NCBI GenBank assembly: GCA_034111785.1
Contig: JAWUWP010000020.1
Span: 18,735-82,734, forward strand
DNA: 64,000 nucleotides
Reading direction: 5' to 3'
Origin: Paraglaciecola sp.
Lineage (GTDB): Bacteria; Pseudomonadota; Gammaproteobacteria; Enterobacterales; Alteromonadaceae
This document shows positions 49,246 to 58,610 of this stretch, piece after piece. The translations under genes were made by a program, and so were the position numbers. Under the pieces are notes generated by a model. That model saw only the letters and a program-made list of their open reading frames with translations. It did not search any database and was not told the origin of the DNA. Each line of letters starts with the position of its first letter. Positions within the stretch are counted from its first letter, which is position 1.

Positions 49246-50622
49246 ATGCTAAAGAAAAGACCTGACGGAGAAGTACAACCCGGTATAAAATGGGGGCCGT
49301 TTACTATGCGGATCCCGCTGGTTCATTTGCGTTTTTCATTATCCAACATGCTACAAGGTCTGGCTGTCGCTGGTGCAACTGGCATGGCGCTGGTGCCTTA
49401 TTTTACCGCTTTATTAGGCCTTAGTTTTGAAGAAGCCGTGACCATGGCGATGTTTCACAGCATACTGATTTCCTTTTCTTGGATCTTCTTTGGCGACCCT
49501 TATGCACCAGGTTGGTTAACCCCAGCTATCCCTTTTGTGGTGGCGTTTATCACGGCCCCCGCCTATCTGGGAGACCACACGGCTCAGTTTCAAGCAATGA
49601 CGGCACTGTCATTGAACTTTGCCCTTATTTTGATTGTGTTAGGGGCGACCGGACTCGGTGCAAGGTTAATTAAGGTGGTTCCCAACGTCTTTAAAGGTGG
49701 CATTATTCTTGGTGCCGCAGTGGCGGCTTTCTTGCGGGTCACAACAGATGGCGATGCGGCCAATGTATTTCAGTCAGCCCCTATAGCCGGGACGCTGGGA
49801 GTGGTGATTTGTTTAGTCTTCGCCTTCTCTAAACCCCTACAAAGCCTTGCAATGGATAAAAAATGGTTAGCATCTATTCTGGGTTTTGGTCTTTTACCTG
49901 GATTTGTTATAGCCGGCAGTGTGGGTTATTTCACCGGTGAGTTTCAATACAATATACGCTGGGAATTTCTAGATGTAGGCGCTTCGTCCGCTTCTTTATG
50001 GGCAAAATCTTCGCCTTTCATTATTGGTTGGCCACCGTTGGAAACTTTTCTGTCTTCATTCCCATTGGCCCTCATTACCTATATTTTATTTTTTGGTGAT
50101 GTGGTGACTGGCAATGAAATGATAGAACAGGCGCAAGCCTCTCGTCCCGATGAAAAGCTTGAGTTAAACAGCAGCAGAGCCCACATGGCCACGGGTATCA
50201 GAAATGCTTTAATGGCTGTGATTGCTCCGTTCTTTGCCACTCAAGGGGTATTATGGACAGGGATCCAAGTCGTGCTGCTTAAAGGTTGGTCACAAGGACG
50301 GAACAAGGTAGATTCGATTTTCGATAGCATAGGGAGTTTTTATGCCTTTGGTTTACCCACCTTGTTTGTGATACTGCCTTTAGTGACCTTGTTGGAGCCA
50401 TTACTACCATTGGCCCTAGCTGTGACCCTAGTGCTGACAGCATTCGCTTGTGCTTCTTTGGCCTTGTCTCTTGTTCAAGATGCGACTGAGCGCGGTGCTA
50501 TGCTTATCACCGCCATGGCATTTAGCGTCTTTGAACCTTGGCTGGGCTTGCTAGTTGGCCTGATCATTATTGCGGCTCTATGTGGCGTTGACGTCTTTAT
50601 TCCGAAAAAAGAAAAGTCTTAG
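49246..50622 (+). CDS. polytopic permease, distant NCS2/xanthine-uracil (SLC23-like) family
   Basis: About 12-13 TM helices, KR.DGE.QP..WGPF..RIP, GDP..PGWLTPAIP, YILFFGD, RPDEK, LWTG. Confidence 0.65.
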   Translation: MLKKRPDGEVQPGIKWGPFTMRIPLVHLRFSLSNMLQGLAVAGATGMALVPYFTALLGLSFEEAVTMAMFHSILISFSWIFFGDPYAPGWLTPAIPFVVAFITAPAYLGDHTAQFQAMTALSLNFALILIVLGATGLGARLIKVVPNVFKGGIILGAAVAAFLRVTTDGDAANVFQSAPIAGTLGVVICLVFAFSKPLQSLAMDKKWLASILGFGLLPGFVIAGSVGYFTGEFQYNIRWEFLDVGASSASLWAKSSPFIIGWPPLETFLSSFPLALITYILFFGDVVTGNEMIEQAQASRPDEKLELNSSRAHMATGIRNALMAVIAPFFATQGVLWTGIQVVLLKGWSQGRNKVDSIFDSIGSFYAFGLPTLFVILPLVTLLEPLLPLALAVTLVLTAFACASLALSLVQDATERGAMLITAMAFSVFEPWLGLLVGLIIIAALCGVDVFIPKKEKS

Positions 50623-50780
50623 GATCCTAATATTGAGATCTTTGTGTTGATCAGTCGTCATCAGCTACAAAGATCCCATTGTCTCTGCAGGGTTGAAACT
50701 AAACAGGCGCTAACTGCCTTAATCAAACCACGTACCCCATAAGCCTGCGATTTTTGCCCGCCATAGATAAAGAGAATACC

Positions 50781-52025
50781 ATGTCGCAAAACGAATTACC
50801 CGCTGCACCCAACAGCACAACCCACATGAAAACCAATTGGAAGGTACTGTTCATTAGCTTGGCAGCTTGGACACTCACCAACATGGACCAAGCATTTTTT
50901 GGCTACGCCATACCGGGGATCCTAGCAGAATTTGACCTGCCCCTAGAAGCCGTCGGGCTAGTGCTGACCGTGTCTTTTGTGATCGCCTCAATACTGCTGG
51001 TCTTCGCCGGACAAGCAGCCGACCGTTTTGGCCGTGGCCCGATGCTCAGCTTATACCTGGCCGTTTCCGCCTTGTTGGTGGGCTTACAGGGATTTGCCGG
51101 CGGCATCATAATACTGACCTTGTTTCGTGCCTTTGGCTTTGGCATAAGCACGGGTCTTTCTCCCATCACCAACGCCTACGTTGCTGAAAGTGTCAAACCA
51201 CGCATTCGTGGTTTGGCTATGGGCGTGTTGCAATGCGGCTACCCTCTTGGTTGGTTTATCGCCTCAATGTTCGCCGTGCCCTTATTGGCTAACTACGGTT
51301 GGCGCGCTATGTGTTTTGCCGCTTTTCTGGTTATGCCAATAGCGGGGATCTTTTACTGGTTATTACGCAATGAGCCGGACGTTAAGCCCCCCGTTAATAA
51401 TGCAAAAACCCAAGGTGCCTTTGCTGTGCTGTTTTCACCCGCTCATCGCCGAAAATCACTGGCCAGCATTGCCACCTATTTTGCTTTTGGTGGTGCCTAT
51501 GCAGGCTCCGCATTTTATTTCCCGACCTTTTTTACCGAAGTGCGCGGTTACACACCATCCGAGGCGGCTGATCTGGTGGGCATTTCAAATGGCATAGGCA
51601 TAGTGGGTTATCTTCTTGCAGCTTATGTGGGCGAGTACTTGATCACCCGTCGCAATGTCTTCATTATTTGGGCATTAGGCGGTGCTCTGGCCTTATCTGG
51701 GCTGATGTGGCTGTCAGACAGCCGACTCGAAGACATGATCTGGTACGCAGCCACAGCGGCACTTTTTTATGGCTCGCTGGCAGTGTTGCCCGTACTTATA
51801 GCAGAAATATTCCCACAGGAAGTCCGGGTTAGCGCCTTATCAGCTTGCGCTTCTGCACCTATGAGTCTTGGCTTTGCAGTCTTCCCTCTGGTTGTGCCCT
51901 TTGTGGTTGGGGCCGTTGGCTGGCAACTAGGCTTTACTTATGTTGTTTGTCCATTGTTGGTGGTGGCCGTTATCGCCGCCTTGTTTTTGCCCAATCGAAA
52001 GTCTGGGGTCGAGCTACAGGCATAA
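50781..52025 (+). CDS. MFS transporter
   Basis: 12 TMs, motif A GQAADRFGR, YVAE....RG, AEIFP..VR. Start moved to 50781. Confidence 0.92.
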   Translation: MSQNELPAAPNSTTHMKTNWKVLFISLAAWTLTNMDQAFFGYAIPGILAEFDLPLEAVGLVLTVSFVIASILLVFAGQAADRFGRGPMLSLYLAVSALLVGLQGFAGGIIILTLFRAFGFGISTGLSPITNAYVAESVKPRIRGLAMGVLQCGYPLGWFIASMFAVPLLANYGWRAMCFAAFLVMPIAGIFYWLLRNEPDVKPPVNNAKTQGAFAVLFSPAHRRKSLASIATYFAFGGAYAGSAFYFPTFFTEVRGYTPSEAADLVGISNGIGIVGYLLAAYVGEYLITRRNVFIIWALGGALALSGLMWLSDSRLEDMIWYAATAALFYGSLAVLPVLIAEIFPQEVRVSALSACASAPMSLGFAVFPLVVPFVVGAVGWQLGFTYVVCPLLVVAVIAALFLPNRKSGVELQA

Positions 52026-52042
52026 TAATATACTATCGGGGC

Positions 52043-52079
52043 ACAAAAAATAGCCTGCTGTACGCAGGCTGTTTTTTGT
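52043..52079. terminator. bidirectional terminator between MFS and SDR
   Basis: acaaaaaaTAGCCTGC-tgtac-GCAGGCTGttttttgt. Confidence 0.85.
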
Positions 52080-52171
52080 AATATTGGTGCTTCGCAAGTC
52101 ACTAACATCAGAGCAACGTTACCCCTAATAATGGGGCCAGAAATAACAACGGTTATGACTCTACGCTGCCC

Positions 52172-53014
52172 TTAATGATACTCCTCACCACCTGAAACAT
52201 TCATACATTCACCGGTAATATAGCTGGCCTGATCTGAACATAAAAAGGCACAAGCTTTGGCGATATCTTCTTGTAATCCCGGTCTACCCATAGGGATCCG
52301 CTCCCGCATATCAGCCATATACTGGTCGTAGCCTTTTCCGGTGACATCGGAGAAATGATTATTCTGCCATGCACCTAAACCCGTTGTCACATGATTGGGG
52401 CAAATGGTATTCACATTAATATTATGCTGACCTAGTTCCAAAGCGGCACAGCGTGTTAGTCCTACCATGCCATGTTTAGACGCGGTGTATGCGCTAGCAT
52501 TTGCAAAAGCCGACTTGGATGCTTGACTACCAATATTGATAATTTTTCCGCCCCTACCTTGCTCGATCATGGCCGAGGCTGCATATTTAATACCACAGAA
52601 TACACCTCGTAAATTGACCCCTAATACCGCATCCCATTCTGCTACAGGCATTTGTAAAATTGATTTCATCAGATAACCAATGCCTGCATTGTTTACCCAA
52701 ATATCAAGAGAGCCATAGGTTGCTAGGGCAAAGTCCGCCGCCGCCTTGACCTCATCGGGCTCCAGCACATTACAGACTATGCAACTCGCCTCTCCCCCTG
52801 ATGCTTTGATTTCGGCGACAATTTGTTGCATTTCATTGAGGGTGCCAATGGCCTCTGTGGGCATATGTTCACCGGCGGCAGCACCGAGATCGGTGATCAC
52901 CACTTTTACCCCCTCAGACGCAAGACGCTTGGCCATAGCCTCACCTAATCCTGCATGTCGACCAGCGCCTGTTACCACTGCGACTTTTCCTACTAATTCT
53001 TTATAAATCGACAT
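52172..53014 (-). CDS. SDR-family NAD-dependent oxidoreductase
   Basis: TGAGRHAGLG, VITD, VNNAG, IGSQAS, YTASK, ICPNHV, ASYITG. Confidence 0.92.
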   Translation of the reverse strand: MSIYKELVGKVAVVTGAGRHAGLGEAMAKRLASEGVKVVITDLGAAAGEHMPTEAIGTLNEMQQIVAEIKASGGEASCIVCNVLEPDEVKAAADFALATYGSLDIWVNNAGIGYLMKSILQMPVAEWDAVLGVNLRGVFCGIKYAASAMIEQGRGGKIINIGSQASKSAFANASAYTASKHGMVGLTRCAALELGQHNINVNTICPNHVTTGLGAWQNNHFSDVTGKGYDQYMADMRERIPMGRPGLQEDIAKACAFLCSDQASYITGECMNVSGGEEYH

Positions 53015-53027
53015 ATCCGGCTACTCT

Positions 53028-53339
53028 CTATTTGATGTCTTCGGTCACAATAAACATAGGTGCATCAGCGAAGGCTTGAAATTCACTGGCCACTTTCTCC
53101 ATTATTTCGGTTTTCACATCCCCCCCAAATGCCTCAAAATCGTTGATATCTAAGATTTCAATATAAGCATAAGGTGGGGCCTGATCAGTGCCTAGCATGC
53201 TACTGCTCTTCAACAGACTAAAGCTGTCGATGGAACCTAACGCATTAACAGTCGGTAAGTCTGTAGTCCTTGCCCAGTTTTCATAGTCGAGTGCTTTAGC
53301 ATCGGCTTTCAAATTAAAAAGTACGACGATCTTAGTCAT
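53028..53339 (-). CDS. HapK/RedY-like (EthD-type dimeric alpha-beta barrel) protein
   Basis: IVVLFNLK...YENWARTTDLPTV..L.SIDSF...PPY.YIEILDI.D..AF..D...FQ.FAD.P.FIVTE; pattern recalled for the REDY-like HapK family. Confidence 0.75.
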   Translation of the reverse strand: MTKIVVLFNLKADAKALDYENWARTTDLPTVNALGSIDSFSLLKSSSMLGTDQAPPYAYIEILDINDFEAFGGDVKTEIMEKVASEFQAFADAPMFIVTEDIK

Positions 53340-53410
53340 GATTTATCCTCTATATTGATGGTCATTTGCCTTGATCTATTTTAGGCAAATCTGTCTATTG
53401 GTGGGCAGAC

Positions 53411-55393
53411 TTATAGCCCTTTTGCGGCTAAATAGCCTTCTTCTGTAGCGGCTAGAACCGAGCGAGGAGCATAAGCATCACCCACGGTTTTAACCCTATA
53501 TCCTAGTTGTTCAAGCTCTGGCATAAGGCTGTCGTTGGGCACCCTTGAGGTGGAATAAGTCAAGATAGCCACATCATCAATCAGCATCTCACTGTGGTTA
53601 TAAATATTTCTGAGTGTCAGTTGCCCTTCTTCAAAGGCCGAGCTTGCTAACGGTTCATTGAGGGTTATGATCTCCACACCCCGCTCAGAAAGCCTTTTAT
53701 ATATGCCTTGTCTGGCGACCAATGAGACGTCTGACGCAATACGCTCTCTGGATGTGACTATCACCACCTGTTCAAACAACTCGGCTAACCTTTGGGCCGC
53801 GCTATAGGTCATTTCGGTATGGTCTTGATCGTAAATGACCACCTTTCCCACTTGCTTTTGACTGTGGGCTGAAAGATCGACCATCAAAGTTCGAATATCG
53901 AGAAAGAAACCTTCATTTTGATATTCATCAGGTAAGAAACTCGGCCAGCCCATATGTGCTCCAGTGGCCAAGATCACTTGGTCTGGCATAGTGTCAATAA
54001 TGATCTGCAGATCAGCGGTAACGCCCCACATAAAAGACACGCCATAGCGTTGGGCCATCAATAATTGGTGATCATAAATACTGCTCAGGTTTTCACCGCC
54101 TGGCAGTAATGCATGAATGCGAGTCTTACCACCGACTTCATCTGATTGGCAAATAACAGTGACCTTGTGTCCTTTGGCTGCGGCTAACCACGCAGCTTCC
54201 ATCCCAGCTACGCCAGAACCCACCACAGTGATGTTTTTTGTTACTGGCGTAAGTTCGATAAGCCAATCAGCCTCATCAGGCTCGCCAAGCCTTGGATTGT
54301 TATCACATTGCAACTTATTGGCTTCAATAATGGTCTGCCAACAGGTGTTACAAGAAACACAGTAGCGTATGTCTGCCTCTTGGCCGCTTTGTGCTTTTCG
54401 AGGCCAGTTGGGATCGGTAATAAGGGGCCTGCCGAGCATGGCGATATCTGCCGTGCCATCTGTCAGGACTTTCTCAGCCTGATTCGGGTCTGTCATATAA
54501 CCTAAGGCACCTGTGGCTATGTTTGGTGCAACTTTACGTAATGCATGAATATCTTGCATATAGGGGTTGGGTGCGCCGTGCGCATCGGGTAAATGCTCAT
54601 GCAGCGAATTCGAGTGGCTGCCCCAAACAAAGGTCCAGTAATCCACCTGTTGGGTTTGCGCAATTTGCCGGGCAATGTTTTTTACTTCAGCCACATCGGC
54701 ACTGACACTTTGCAGATCTGTCACTTGAGCCCCAGGCAGTTTCAGTCCAATAGTAAAGTCTTGGGCACAGGCTCCTCGGATAGATTGGATCAATTCGCGC
54801 ACCAAGCGCGTTCGACCTTTGGTATCTCCGCCATACTCATCCTCTCTATGGTTTGACCAAGATGACAAGAACTGATGAAACAGATGACCGTGTCCTGCCG
54901 ACAGTTCAACACCACAGAAACCGGCTTTTTGCAGTGTGACACAAGAGGCGGTAAATTCTTCTATCAGGCGACTGATATCGGCCTGCTTTAAGACATGTGG
55001 CACTGTCCATGACAAATCATCAGGTAAAGCAGACGGGCCGATCGCAGCGTTGTTTCGCCCTTGCTCACGACGGCCACGTCCATTGTCTTGCAATTGCGCA
55101 ATAAATCGACAATCTTCATTTTCCACAGCTTCAACTAGCCTACAAAGTGCCTGTAAGCCTCGACCCTTGAAAATATCCAAACGTCTTCCATCTGTTTGTG
55201 AACTAAGCAGATTACTGGGTTCTAATATTAACGCCGCGACTCCACCTTTGGCGCGGTTAACATAATAGTTGTGGAACGGTTCGGTTATTATGCCGTCCTT
55301 GGCATAACTGGTGGTGATTGCGGCATGCATTAAACGATTCTTTAATACCAGCCGGCCTGCGTTAACAGCAGAAAATAGTGTGGGGTAATTCAT
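53411..55393 (-). CDS. NADH:flavin oxidoreductase (OYE TIM barrel + 4Fe-4S + FAD/NAD domains)
   Basis: LKNR, RAKGG, ELSAGHGHLFHQFLS..SN.REDEYGG, GRPLITDP, CVSCNTC...C, VVGSGVAGMEAA, ILATGA, VGDAYAPR. Confidence 0.92.
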   Translation of the reverse strand: MNYPTLFSAVNAGRLVLKNRLMHAAITTSYAKDGIITEPFHNYYVNRAKGGVAALILEPSNLLSSQTDGRRLDIFKGRGLQALCRLVEAVENEDCRFIAQLQDNGRGRREQGRNNAAIGPSALPDDLSWTVPHVLKQADISRLIEEFTASCVTLQKAGFCGVELSAGHGHLFHQFLSSWSNHREDEYGGDTKGRTRLVRELIQSIRGACAQDFTIGLKLPGAQVTDLQSVSADVAEVKNIARQIAQTQQVDYWTFVWGSHSNSLHEHLPDAHGAPNPYMQDIHALRKVAPNIATGALGYMTDPNQAEKVLTDGTADIAMLGRPLITDPNWPRKAQSGQEADIRYCVSCNTCWQTIIEANKLQCDNNPRLGEPDEADWLIELTPVTKNITVVGSGVAGMEAAWLAAAKGHKVTVICQSDEVGGKTRIHALLPGGENLSSIYDHQLLMAQRYGVSFMWGVTADLQIIIDTMPDQVILATGAHMGWPSFLPDEYQNEGFFLDIRTLMVDLSAHSQKQVGKVVIYDQDHTEMTYSAAQRLAELFEQVVIVTSRERIASDVSLVARQGIYKRLSERGVEIITLNEPLASSAFEEGQLTLRNIYNHSEMLIDDVAILTYSTSRVPNDSLMPELEQLGYRVKTVGDAYAPRSVLAATEEGYLAAKGL

Positions 55394-55397
55394 AAGC

Positions 55398-57560
55398 CTA
55401 AAACAGCATCTTTCCTTTTAACGAATAGGTACGAGGCGCACCAGGAAATTGCGTCGCAAAGCCTAAGGCGCTAAAGTCCAAGGTACTGTGATGGTATTGT
55501 TGATCCGTACAATTTTCACAGGCAAGTGTTAGTTGGTACTTACCATCGCCAAATTTGTACGATGCTGCTGCGTAAAGCATTTTGGTGGACTCGGATAGCT
55601 CGGCAATAGTGTTACCTGCACCGCCGTAATACTCGTCTTGATAACTATAATCTGCAGTGAATACCAACTCTGCGTCATCTAGGGTCACGAAATAATTAAA
55701 GCCAATTTGAGCGGTTAATTCAGGTGTACGCTTCACTTCATTATCAATATTAAAAACCACGTTCTCACCTAGTTCGTCATACTTATTAGTGAGATAGCCA
55801 AAGTTTGCATACAGATCAAGCTCAGCGGTTGCACTGGCTGTGAACTCCATTTCAATTCCTGAAATATTGGTTGTCGCTGCATTAATGGTCACAAAACCAC
55901 CAGTATCTGGGTTTAGCGCGGTGACAATAAAGTCCGTATACTCATTGTAGAACAGGGCGGTGTTCATACGTACTCTGTTGTTCCAAAACTCCGTTTTAAA
56001 GCCAATTTCATAGGCATCAACGTATTCAGCTTCAATCAGATTAAACTCTCGGGGATCCGTTGCCCGCCCATTCCATCCTCCTGATTTAAACCCTTCTGAA
56101 TAGGAAACATAGGCCATAGTGTCAGCATCGAATTGATACTTTAAACTCACATGAGGGGTAAAATCTTCAAAGGTAGGGTCGGTATCTGTGCCCAATGCCT
56201 CCAGAGCCGTATTATTCCATAGCTCGATTAGCACTCCACCACCCACATCCACTAACTGGCTCATATCAATGCTTTTTTCTTCTCGCGTCCAGCGTCCCCC
56301 CAAGGTGGCAGTCAACTGGTCAGTGAGTTCATAAGAGCCTTGGCCAAAGACCGCCCAGCTCTGGCTATCGTTCTCAAAGTCTGCGACAAAATCTCCAGCA
56401 AGGGCGCCGCCAAACAAAAACAGTTCATCACGTCGAATATTGTCATTGCTTTCTTCCATAAAGAAAGCGCCCACTACCCAAGAAAACTTATCCATTTCTC
56501 CAGAGCCTTGGATTTCTTGACTAAATTGTTGAAAACTACCGACTTGACCTATGACAAATGCCGGTACCGGATTATCAGAAAAATCCACATAGGTATCTTG
56601 ATCTAAATCTCGATAACCGGTAATTGAGGTCCACACTGAGTTATCCAACTGCCAAGTCATATTGGCCGTCATGGCACTTTGTTCTATTTTATTAAAACTG
56701 CCTTCAAGACCACTTTCTACTACGAATAAGTCATCTGCGTTATTGCCGAAAAAATTCGTTCCAGTCACGCCAGTATCTTCTTGCTCTGCATATTCTGCCG
56801 ACAGTACGATCTCGAAATTATCTGTGGCTTCATATTTTAATGCACCGCGCACCCCAGAACTGCTTTCGTCCCAAGTACGAGTATTTAAGGTGATGTTCTT
56901 TTGAAACCCTTTGTCTCTTTGTGAATTAAAAGCAGCAAGACTCACGAAGACTTTATCAGTCACAGGCACATTTATTTTACCGCTAAAGGCCGTGGTCTCA
57001 TAATTACCCACTTCTGCTTGAATACTGCCTGCCAGTTCATCATGGGGGGATTTTGTGATGATTTTAATTGCCCCACCACTGGTATTACGTCCATATAAAA
57101 TACCTTGAGGACCACGTAAAACCTCTATTCTCTCAATATCATATAAGGCAGCGTTATTTGCCACCTGACGACTAATATAGACCCCATCCACATAGGTACC
57201 AACGGCAGGATCTTGAGTCGATATGGATTCATCTTGGCCGACGCCACGCATAAAGAAAGAAGTGGCGGAGCTGATCCCTACATTATTACTCCCCACCAAA
57301 TTAGGCACGCTACGAATAACATCCAAAGTGGAATCAATTTGTCGTCTGTCAATTTCACCCTCTGTGAAGGCACTGACCGAAACGGGTACCTCTTGTAGAT
57401 TTGCGGTCCGTCTTTCAGCCGTCACCACTATTCTTTCCAAAGCCTGGTTATCTTCAGCTTCACTGCTAGCAGTGTCTTGAGACCAGGCAGGTGTCACACC
57501 CAAACCCAATGTCAGTAGTGCACTTGCCACTGAGTAATAAACCTTATTCATTTTTGTCAT
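55398..57560 (-). CDS. TonB-dependent receptor
   Basis: Signal peptide, TonB box LERIVVTAERR, IERIEVLRGPQG.LYGRN..GGAI, YSEGFKSGG, PRTYS...C-terminal F. Confidence 0.96.
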   Translation of the reverse strand: MTKMNKVYYSVASALLTLGLGVTPAWSQDTASSEAEDNQALERIVVTAERRTANLQEVPVSVSAFTEGEIDRRQIDSTLDVIRSVPNLVGSNNVGISSATSFFMRGVGQDESISTQDPAVGTYVDGVYISRQVANNAALYDIERIEVLRGPQGILYGRNTSGGAIKIITKSPHDELAGSIQAEVGNYETTAFSGKINVPVTDKVFVSLAAFNSQRDKGFQKNITLNTRTWDESSSGVRGALKYEATDNFEIVLSAEYAEQEDTGVTGTNFFGNNADDLFVVESGLEGSFNKIEQSAMTANMTWQLDNSVWTSITGYRDLDQDTYVDFSDNPVPAFVIGQVGSFQQFSQEIQGSGEMDKFSWVVGAFFMEESNDNIRRDELFLFGGALAGDFVADFENDSQSWAVFGQGSYELTDQLTATLGGRWTREEKSIDMSQLVDVGGGVLIELWNNTALEALGTDTDPTFEDFTPHVSLKYQFDADTMAYVSYSEGFKSGGWNGRATDPREFNLIEAEYVDAYEIGFKTEFWNNRVRMNTALFYNEYTDFIVTALNPDTGGFVTINAATTNISGIEMEFTASATAELDLYANFGYLTNKYDELGENVVFNIDNEVKRTPELTAQIGFNYFVTLDDAELVFTADYSYQDEYYGGAGNTIAELSESTKMLYAAASYKFGDGKYQLTLACENCTDQQYHHSTLDFSALGFATQFPGAPRTYSLKGKMLF

Positions 57561-57648
57561 ACCTTGCTCCGATTATTGATTTTCACTACTGATCAATTGT
57601 CGTCCGTTGGTCACCTGGAAGAAAAGAGATAGCGTTGTTGTTATTGTT

Positions 57649-58320
57649 CTAAATCATAAATTTCCATACACCCAATATTGCTGATACTACTACTGCAATA
57701 TAAATGGCTTGCACCCACAGATAGGTTTTATCCATAGAGGCTTTTATTATGGTTTCTATTTCTGGGGAACTGCCTTGCGTTTCGAGGCGCTGAAACGCGA
57801 TGATCGCCGGCATAAAGGCGGGTTCTAGCAACATCATAAAGATAATGATCGAGGCAAAGCAGGCAACTTTCACCGCGAGCCAGAATTGCTGAATAATAGT
57901 GCCGCCAAGAAAAAACTCTACTGTGACAAAGATAAGCACTGCCAAGACAAAATACAGCAAGGCTTTTTCTGCGATTTTAAGTTTTGATCCCATGCTTGTA
58001 TTTTGGAGGGTTAGCCCGCCCACCACAATACCAAACCAGAGGCTGCAAAATAGCCAAACGCCAATAGTCGAAAGCCCGCTGGCCACTAACAAGCCACTGC
58101 TAACCGCTAGTTGGTAGCCGCTAAAGACTGAGACTACAAGGGCAATACGTGGCGCCATATCTAAAATCATCGCCACTTTTAGCAATAATAATCTCGCCTC
58201 AATACCATAAGCCGAGTTTTGTGCAAATTTACCTAATACAAAGACCCCCACATCTGTGCCTAGCCAAAATACCAGCGCCATAATGTGTAAAAATAAGAAT
58301 AACGAATACCATTCCATCAT
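57649..58320 (-). CDS. hypothetical membrane protein (about 6 TM)
   Basis: FLHI..LVFWLGTDVGVF, R......D..PR, WLAVK, C-terminal LGVWK. ATGA overlap with the upstream gene. Confidence 0.75.
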   Translation of the reverse strand: MMEWYSLFLFLHIMALVFWLGTDVGVFVLGKFAQNSAYGIEARLLLLKVAMILDMAPRIALVVSVFSGYQLAVSSGLLVASGLSTIGVWLFCSLWFGIVVGGLTLQNTSMGSKLKIAEKALLYFVLAVLIFVTVEFFLGGTIIQQFWLAVKVACFASIIIFMMLLEPAFMPAIIAFQRLETQGSSPEIETIIKASMDKTYLWVQAIYIAVVVSAILGVWKFMI

Positions 58321-58610
58321 GAATTCCCTGAGGTTGTGCTGTCTTCCAAGCTACGCATAACATTACCTATAAATCCGGCGCGCCTTGCTTCGAGATCGGC
58401 TTGTTGGGTATCACTTAAAGTATAAGCTTCGACGCGATTTTTGATGAGGTCGTCTTCGTTGCTTAACACTTCTTCTAACACATACAAACGTTCTTTCACT
58501 GTCCATAATTCAGCCATTATTTCCAGTAACATACTGGTATGAATATCACTTGCGTCACCATCGAAAAATTTAGGTCGTTTAGCGTTCGAACTTAGCGGTA
58601 AATCAGCCAT
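58317..58610 (-). CDS. small hypothetical protein (97 aa) coupled to the methyltransferase
   Basis: Start at MADL (58610, GGAG RBS, 8-bp overlap with the methyltransferase). KRPKFFD...MLLEIMAELWTVKERL..LE coiled-coil pattern. Confidence 0.72.
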   Translation of the reverse strand: MADLPLSSNAKRPKFFDGDASDIHTSMLLEIMAELWTVKERLYVLEEVLSNEDDLIKNRVEAYTLSDTQQADLEARRAGFIGNVMRSLEDSTTSGNS

